From an uncultured Alphaproteobacteria bacterium (lineage in GTDB: Bacteria > Pseudomonadota > Alphaproteobacteria > Rs-D84), in NCBI GenBank assembly GCA_934272785.1, contig CAKQSE010000004.1, forward strand, positions 10,634 through 74,633: a DNA stretch of 64,000 bases. Reading direction: 5' to 3'. A model generated the notes under the pieces. The model was not told the DNA's origin. It ran no database searches and saw only the letters and a list, made by a program, of their open reading frames with translations. The stretch's first letter is position 1. Every line of letters begins with the position of its first letter. Below, in pieces: positions 59,034 to 64,000 of this stretch. A program made the position numbers and the translations under genes.

Positions 59034-59477
59034 ATGCGCAAAGAATTTGGACCAACACACAAAAAGAAAAACACATATAACGTTCAAGTCGAGGGGATTA
59101 TCAGTAATTCCGACCTGTTCAGCCTGTGCAAATCGACCCCACTGGTGGTCATAAAATTAAATGGCACGCCACGTAATCAAAATGGTGGCTTTCTGACATG
59201 CACCCGTTTTCCAAATCCATTTGCGTCGGACATGACCAAGACCGTAAAAACATTTAAATCAATTATGGGCGAAAAACTGTCCACAACAATTATCGAATAT
59301 ATGGACAAAGAAACCGGCCAAACGGTCGCAACACTGTTTCCAACGGGGTTGTATATCCACGACGGATATGAACACGATTATATGACACACCTGAATCACG
59401 CATCGCGCCGGGATCTGGCGTACCAGCTGGCTCTGCGCCAAGGATTGATTGAAAAATATATGTCAAAGCATCGTTAA
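59034..59477 (+). CDS. hypothetical protein
   Basis: 147-aa ORF with a good promoter and RBS. No recognisable family. Confidence 0.55.
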   Translation: MRKEFGPTHKKKNTYNVQVEGIISNSDLFSLCKSTPLVVIKLNGTPRNQNGGFLTCTRFPNPFASDMTKTVKTFKSIMGEKLSTTIIEYMDKETGQTVATLFPTGLYIHDGYEHDYMTHLNHASRRDLAYQLALRQGLIEKYMSKHR

Positions 59478-59479
59478 AA

Positions 59480-59628
59480 CCGCACCAAGCGGGGACCGGT
59501 AATACCACTACCCCGTCCACTACGTGGACACCCCTTCGCCAGCGAAGGGGAACTTGGTCCGCAACGGTAAAAAACAAGCGCGCCTAAGGCGCGCAACATT
59601 GCTCTCTGCTCTCTGCACTCTGCTCTCT
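59480..59628. repeat. mosaic palindromic repeat cluster (same module set)
   Basis: ATACCACTACCCCG..CACCCCTTCGCCAGCGAAGGGGA (59502-59552) is the inverse of 28397-28455. GCGCGCC-TAA-GGCGCGC plus CATTGCTCTCTGCTCTCTGCACTCTGCTCTCT (59578-59628) matches 40489-40533 and 43520-43571. Confidence 0.85.
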
Positions 59629-59656
59629 AAAAAAACGCGCCAATGGCGCGTTTTTT
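59629..59656. terminator. bidirectional Rho-independent terminator
   Basis: AAAAAAACGCGCC-AAT-GGCGCGTTTTTT lies between convergent genes. Confidence 0.8.
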
Positions 59657-60533
59657 ATTGCATTCCTACACTAAACTCGTCACCGAAACTGGCCACCACC
59701 TGGCCCCCAACGGTGCACTGGATATCATCAAACCCGTTGGACAGTTGGTTCTTTTTTACAATATGACTGGTCACCAATGCGCCCGTTGTCCCCAACACCA
59801 CCGCCGCAATCGAATCGGATGCCAGACGCGATGTATTAAAGTTACCCTGTTTATCACGCCATACAGATACCTGGAAATTATCGGACAATGCGTTCATTCG
59901 GGCATATGCACGCGTAATTTTCAAACGTGATGCACTTTGCATTGTGGCAATTGTCTGTGAATTATCCCCAGTTATCGTCACAGAATACAAATTTGGTTGT
60001 TCTGTTGGCTTTGGCAATTCCTGGCAATATTCACTGCGCCCTGCATTATAGTAAAGTGGAACACTCTGCAATTTACCATTTTCGTATTTGAGCACACTGA
60101 CAGATGTATTATCGCCGACATTAAGGCAATTTTTCAATACCGGTAATGCTTTCCACTTATGACTGGTCTGATTATCACCATGGTTTTCGTTTGTGCATTC
60201 AAAAACAAACTGGTCGCTACCTTGGGTTGTTGAAGCACCGACCGCGGCCCCAAATGGCAACCAAATTTTATCGCCTGGATTTTTTACCTCGCACCCGGTA
60301 ATTTGTGAAGTTGCCCCAGACGCATTACAATCATAACATTTTTTATTTGTATCATTTGCCGGACGCACCCCACCAGTTGCACAGAATTCATACCCTGCAC
60401 TGTCCACCCACAAATATTCATCCATGTAGGCATTTCTGGTCACGCTCTTGGCGCACGTCCCAACGGCATGAACCGGCGCATTGGAAACAATGCCAATCAC
60501 AAACGCAAATACAACGGAACAGTATTTTCTCAT
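59655..60533 (-). CDS. Cys-rich secreted or membrane-anchored protein, unknown function
   Basis: Signal peptide MRKYCSVVFAFVIGIVSNAPVHA. 11 Cys in the mature part and a Gly/Ala-rich hydrophobic segment (IAAVVLGTTGALV) near the C-terminus. Confidence 0.6.
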   Translation of the reverse strand: MRKYCSVVFAFVIGIVSNAPVHAVGTCAKSVTRNAYMDEYLWVDSAGYEFCATGGVRPANDTNKKCYDCNASGATSQITGCEVKNPGDKIWLPFGAAVGASTTQGSDQFVFECTNENHGDNQTSHKWKALPVLKNCLNVGDNTSVSVLKYENGKLQSVPLYYNAGRSEYCQELPKPTEQPNLYSVTITGDNSQTIATMQSASRLKITRAYARMNALSDNFQVSVWRDKQGNFNTSRLASDSIAAVVLGTTGALVTSHIVKKNQLSNGFDDIQCTVGGQVVASFGDEFSVGMQ

Positions 60534-60602
60534 CTCTCTTGTCTATCCTATCCCAACAATTATAGCATATTTTGCGTTCAACCCCAATGGATTTTTTTGC
60601 AC

Positions 60603-60627
60603 AAGAAAACGCCCATCCTGGCGTTCA
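60603..60627 (-). terminator. Rho-independent terminator after dnaA
   Basis: ACGCC-CATCCT-GGCGT, followed on the minus strand by TTTTCTT. Confidence 0.5.
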
Positions 60628-61902
60628 TTATTTGTATTCTGCAACCATCTGATTGATTTGTGCCGCCAGGACCAAATCACCCTGCTTTTGCTTTTCAATC
60701 TGGGCAATGGCATAGACAACAGTGGCATGATCACGGCCACCAACATAACCACCGATTTCGGCCAAGGACAGGTTTGTCGCGCCCTTTAACACCGCCATCA
60801 TTGTCTGGCGTGCAATAACCAATGCGCGTGCGCGACCACGACCACAAACCGCATCATATGAAACACCCAACTTTTCGCACATATTGCGAACCATCGCGAT
60901 TGGTGTCTTGGCACGCTGTAATGTGTCGGCCAACAAACGCGATGCAACCGTCATGTCAACTGTTGTGCCCATCAATTCAGCATATGTTTTAACCTTGGTC
61001 GCGATACCAGATACCAAATGACCATCGGCCGCCGTGCGTGACGCCAATTCGGTTGCAACGTCCGATGTAACGCCCGCACGTAACAACATAACGCGACGAA
61101 TGTTTTCATTTGGTGCCGCAACATCGGCAACCAGGCCAGACGCCATCACAGATTGTGCACGGCGATCAAAACCGGTCAAATTATTTGGGGTTGTGTTCGC
61201 GGTCAAAACAACGTTTTTACCCGCATTGCGCAAATCAGATATCAGTTGAATAAATTCTTCGCATGTTGCACGTTTGCCACCCAACGCCGCAACATCATCT
61301 AAAATAAATGTATCACAGTTACGGCAGTAATCCTTGAATGCAAAGATTGTGTGATCATGCAATGCACGTGTGAAATCAGACACAAACTGGGCACCGGTCA
61401 TCATGATTGTGCGACCCGCCGCCGCAGAATTTATGCAACGCGCCAGCAATGATTTACCACAACCCGCCGGGCCATAAATAAACAGTGGTGAAAATGGAAC
61501 CTGACCCGCCGCCAATTTTTTGCACGCCGTCAACGCAAACGCATTTTCATCAGATGAAATAAATTCATCAAAATCAGCCATCGCATCGCGCACCGCCGGT
61601 GTCGGGGTAAATGTCTGGATCGCATTGTCGTTTGCAACCGGTGCCGCCACAGACGCGCCACGGACCGCAATACGCACCGCCAGACCAAATTCCGCCGCAA
61701 CCGCATTTAATGTTGCACCATGCACCCCAGATATAAAGTCAGCCGAGAATTGATTCTGGGCGGTCAATACCAAGGTATCATTTTCAATTTCGAAATTCAG
61801 TGGGGCAATCCAAGACGAGAACGCAGCAGAATCCATTTTTGCGGCAATGGCCCCCTTGATTGTTTCCAAGTCAGTCATTTTTTTTGTCGCCGCTGCCTGC
61901 AT
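60628..61902 (-). CDS. dnaA: chromosomal replication initiator DnaA
   Basis: ORF trimmed to ATG 61902 (AAGGAAGGAGA RBS). AAA+ Walker A GPAGCGKSLL, DDV box, and the domain IV helix-turn-helix ...IGGYVGGRDHATVVYA. Confidence 0.93.
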   Translation of the reverse strand: MQAAATKKMTDLETIKGAIAAKMDSAAFSSWIAPLNFEIENDTLVLTAQNQFSADFISGVHGATLNAVAAEFGLAVRIAVRGASVAAPVANDNAIQTFTPTPAVRDAMADFDEFISSDENAFALTACKKLAAGQVPFSPLFIYGPAGCGKSLLARCINSAAAGRTIMMTGAQFVSDFTRALHDHTIFAFKDYCRNCDTFILDDVAALGGKRATCEEFIQLISDLRNAGKNVVLTANTTPNNLTGFDRRAQSVMASGLVADVAAPNENIRRVMLLRAGVTSDVATELASRTAADGHLVSGIATKVKTYAELMGTTVDMTVASRLLADTLQRAKTPIAMVRNMCEKLGVSYDAVCGRGRARALVIARQTMMAVLKGATNLSLAEIGGYVGGRDHATVVYAIAQIEKQKQGDLVLAAQINQMVAEYK

Positions 61903-62211
61903 GCCGTTTCTCCTTCCTTTCAGAGTTTCCTGCCAGCGCAAGAGTATAAAAATCACCTGCACATAAACGCTAAATTTTACTGGGTCATAAAATTTAGTGT
62001 TTATGTTAGCCCTACTTTTAAACCCTCTCGCTTTTGTTTTTGGATTGAGCGTTTGTTCTCAATCGTTTTGGATACGTCAAATAAGTTATAAGATAAATTT
62101 AGATTTTCAACCAAATGTTAAACGTTTTTTTAACATTTATTTTTTGACAACGATTCGTTTTTTTGCCAGATTTCCGCGCGTTGTATATACACTGTATATA
62201 CATAAAAAGTT

Positions 62212-63237
62212 TTAAACACGAACATATCCGCCCGATGTTTTTCGCACCAAACCCTGCAATTCCAGGACCACCAAATCGCGTTTTATTTCCGAAATATTTT
62301 TTTTGACAATTTCTGCCAATACAGAATCAGACACCGGAACCGTTCCAATTTTATCCAACAGCGAATTTTCATTTTCACTTTTTTCTGATTTTTTTTGTTT
62401 TTGTTCCGATTTTTTTGTCGTGGCAAAGAAATCAGACGCCCCAACACACAATTCGGCCACACCTGATTTTATCAATGAATTTGGGCCCGCGCCCCGGGAA
62501 TCCGACGGATGCGACGGGATTGCATATATTTTGCGCCCAATATCACATGCGAATCGGGCGGTTCGCATACTGCCAGAATTCATATCAGCCTCGCCCAATA
62601 TCAATTTTTCCCCGATTCCTGCGACCCAGCGATTACGCTGGACAAAATTTGTTGCGACTGGAACAAAACCAACCGGCATTTCACTGATAACCACACCGCG
62701 CGCAACAATGTCCCAATACAACGATTCGTTTTCGGTCGGCCAAATATAATCCACCCCGCCCGCCAAAACCGCGATTGTCTGGGTGTCACCCGCCGCGCGC
62801 AATGCGCCACGGTGTGCGGCCGTATCTGTTCCTATTGCCATTCCAGATGTAACAACGATATCATGCGATGCAAACTGGGTCGCCATATCGGCAATAAATT
62901 CCATACCTGCGGCGGTTGCATGACGCGTTCCGACCATTGAAACCGCGGGCCGGCGCAAAGTGTCCAGATTTCCCCGCGCCGTAATCACCGGCGGATGATT
63001 TCGTACGTCGCGCAGCCGCGCCGGATAATAATCGTCATCGTCACATATATAATGTATATCCAATGTCGTCGCCCGTTCCATTTCACGCGAAACCGCATCA
63101 CGATGCGCCGGTGATGGATTCAACGCCCCCACTGCCGCGGCCACATCACCACCGAATCGCGTCACCAGTTCGTTATATCGCACCGGTCCAATTCCCGGTG
63201 TCCGCAGAATCAATAATCTGTTAAATAATTTTTCCAT
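62212..63237 (-). CDS. dprA: DNA-processing protein DprA (Smf)
   Basis: 341 aa with the Rossmann-like core VSMVGTRHAT......VVTSGMAIGTDTAAHRGAL and a C-terminal winged-helix-like tail. Confidence 0.88.
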   Translation of the reverse strand: MEKLFNRLLILRTPGIGPVRYNELVTRFGGDVAAAVGALNPSPAHRDAVSREMERATTLDIHYICDDDDYYPARLRDVRNHPPVITARGNLDTLRRPAVSMVGTRHATAAGMEFIADMATQFASHDIVVTSGMAIGTDTAAHRGALRAAGDTQTIAVLAGGVDYIWPTENESLYWDIVARGVVISEMPVGFVPVATNFVQRNRWVAGIGEKLILGEADMNSGSMRTARFACDIGRKIYAIPSHPSDSRGAGPNSLIKSGVAELCVGASDFFATTKKSEQKQKKSEKSENENSLLDKIGTVPVSDSVLAEIVKKNISEIKRDLVVLELQGLVRKTSGGYVRV

Positions 63238-63274
63238 GGCACCAATATAATAAAAACCGCATATATATTAAAAG

Positions 63275-63306
63275 TAAAAAACGTCCCAAGTGTGGGACGT
63301 TTTTTA
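63275..63306. terminator. bidirectional Rho-independent terminator
   Basis: AAAAAACGTCCCA-AGTG-TGGGACGTTTTTT. Confidence 0.75.
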
Positions 63307-63323
63307 TCTGAACACTTATATAA

Positions 63324-64000
63324 TTACGATTCCCAGATTTGCAACAGGCCCTCGTAATCAAATTTCTGGCATTCTTCGGGTTTTTCCGCGCCGTTCCAAA
63401 TGTCTTTATCGCATTCGTTACGCAACTCTTTCAAATAGCGACCAAATTCATTATATTCAGACGCCTTTTCCTTTTTTAATACCAGCAACTGGCTGCGCAA
63501 CTGTTCGCTCTCGCTCAGTGACTTTTGCCCTTCGACCGCGCCACCAATCAACTTGTTTCCGAACAGTTCCATAATACCAACGCCAACGGCCGCGCCACCG
63601 ACACCGGCACCAATGGTTGCCCATGTACGTGTGGATTTTTTCGCATCCAAGATACGCTGTTTAATCTTGGCCTCGTCCGCCCATTCACCACATGTGATAT
63701 TGCGGCCCCATTCAAAATACTTCGCCGGAACATCAGACACGCTGACCTTTGGATCAGATGATTTCAACTCAACACGAACAAAGCATGTGTTGTTTTTCGG
63801 TTCTTCGACATCTTCGACCATGCTGGCATAATTGTTCAGGTTGCTGTAACGCGACGCCCAAACGAACGTATTACCCATACCAACATTGTTGTTTATGCAT
63901 GCATTTTTTTCCTTTTCGCGCATATCGATGGCTGGCTTGGTATCATCAGGCTCAACCCGCGTGCTGGATTTGCTGGTATCCGGTGTGGTTGTCGGATTGC
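63324..64000 (-). CDS. hypothetical membrane protein (frame open to the window end, so the N-terminus may lie outside)
   Basis: The ORF track gives 63324..63923, but the frame has no stop up to 64000 (..NPTTTPDTSKSSTRVEPDDTKPAID before the Met). Contains a Gly-rich TM WATIGAGVGGAAVGVGIMELF and a coiled C-terminal part. Confidence 0.5.
   Translation of the reverse strand, partial: NPTTTPDTSKSSTRVEPDDTKPAIDMREKEKNACINNNVGMGNTFVWASRYSNLNNYASMVEDVEEPKNNTCFVRVELKSSDPKVSVSDVPAKYFEWGRNITCGEWADEAKIKQRILDAKKSTRTWATIGAGVGGAAVGVGIMELFGNKLIGGAVEGQKSLSESEQLRSQLLVLKKEKASEYNEFGRYLKELRNECDKDIWNGAEKPEECQKFDYEGLLQIWES

Overview
The window looks like a 64-kb chromosomal segment of a diderm (Gram-negative-type) bacterium: TolB, Pal, AsmA and beta-barrel OMPs are all present. 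I could not assign a taxon by eye. All product calls come from motifs I recognise in the supplied ORF translations; no database search was run.

Layout:
- 1-11.7 kb: complete str/S10/spc ribosomal block on the minus strand (rpsL-rpsG-fusA-tuf-rpsJ...rplE-rpsN').
- 12-20 kb: two OMPs, mltG, tRNA-Pro(CGG), an acyl-CoA synthetase-like gene, fabF and acpP.
- 20.3-24.6 kb: a degenerate P4-type integrase, then six tightly packed paralogues of an unrecognised Cys-rich protein family, apparently cotranscribed with lepA.
- 27.9-28.8 kb, with smaller copies near 40.3, 43.4 and 59.5 kb: BIME/MITE-like mosaic palindromic repeats.
- 28.8-36.7 kb: five tandem genes for signal-peptide-bearing fibrous surface proteins behind a small OMP gene. 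They carry phage-tail-fibre-like modules. One has collagen GXY blocks and one has a perfect in-frame 396-bp duplication.
- 36.8-64 kb: mainly housekeeping genes (pal, ftsEX, plsC, tolB, fba, efp, ppa, dnaN, cdaA, asmA, rluC-like, uvrC, pgsA, dnaJ, parE, dnaA, dprA). Interspersed are an orphan VirB2-like pilin, an orphan BrnA-like RHH gene, a type IV pilin-like gene and several lineage-specific Cys-rich secreted proteins or lipoproteins.

The two best candidates for undescribed biology are the Cys-rich paralogue array (21357-24559) and the fibre-gene cluster (28822-36723).
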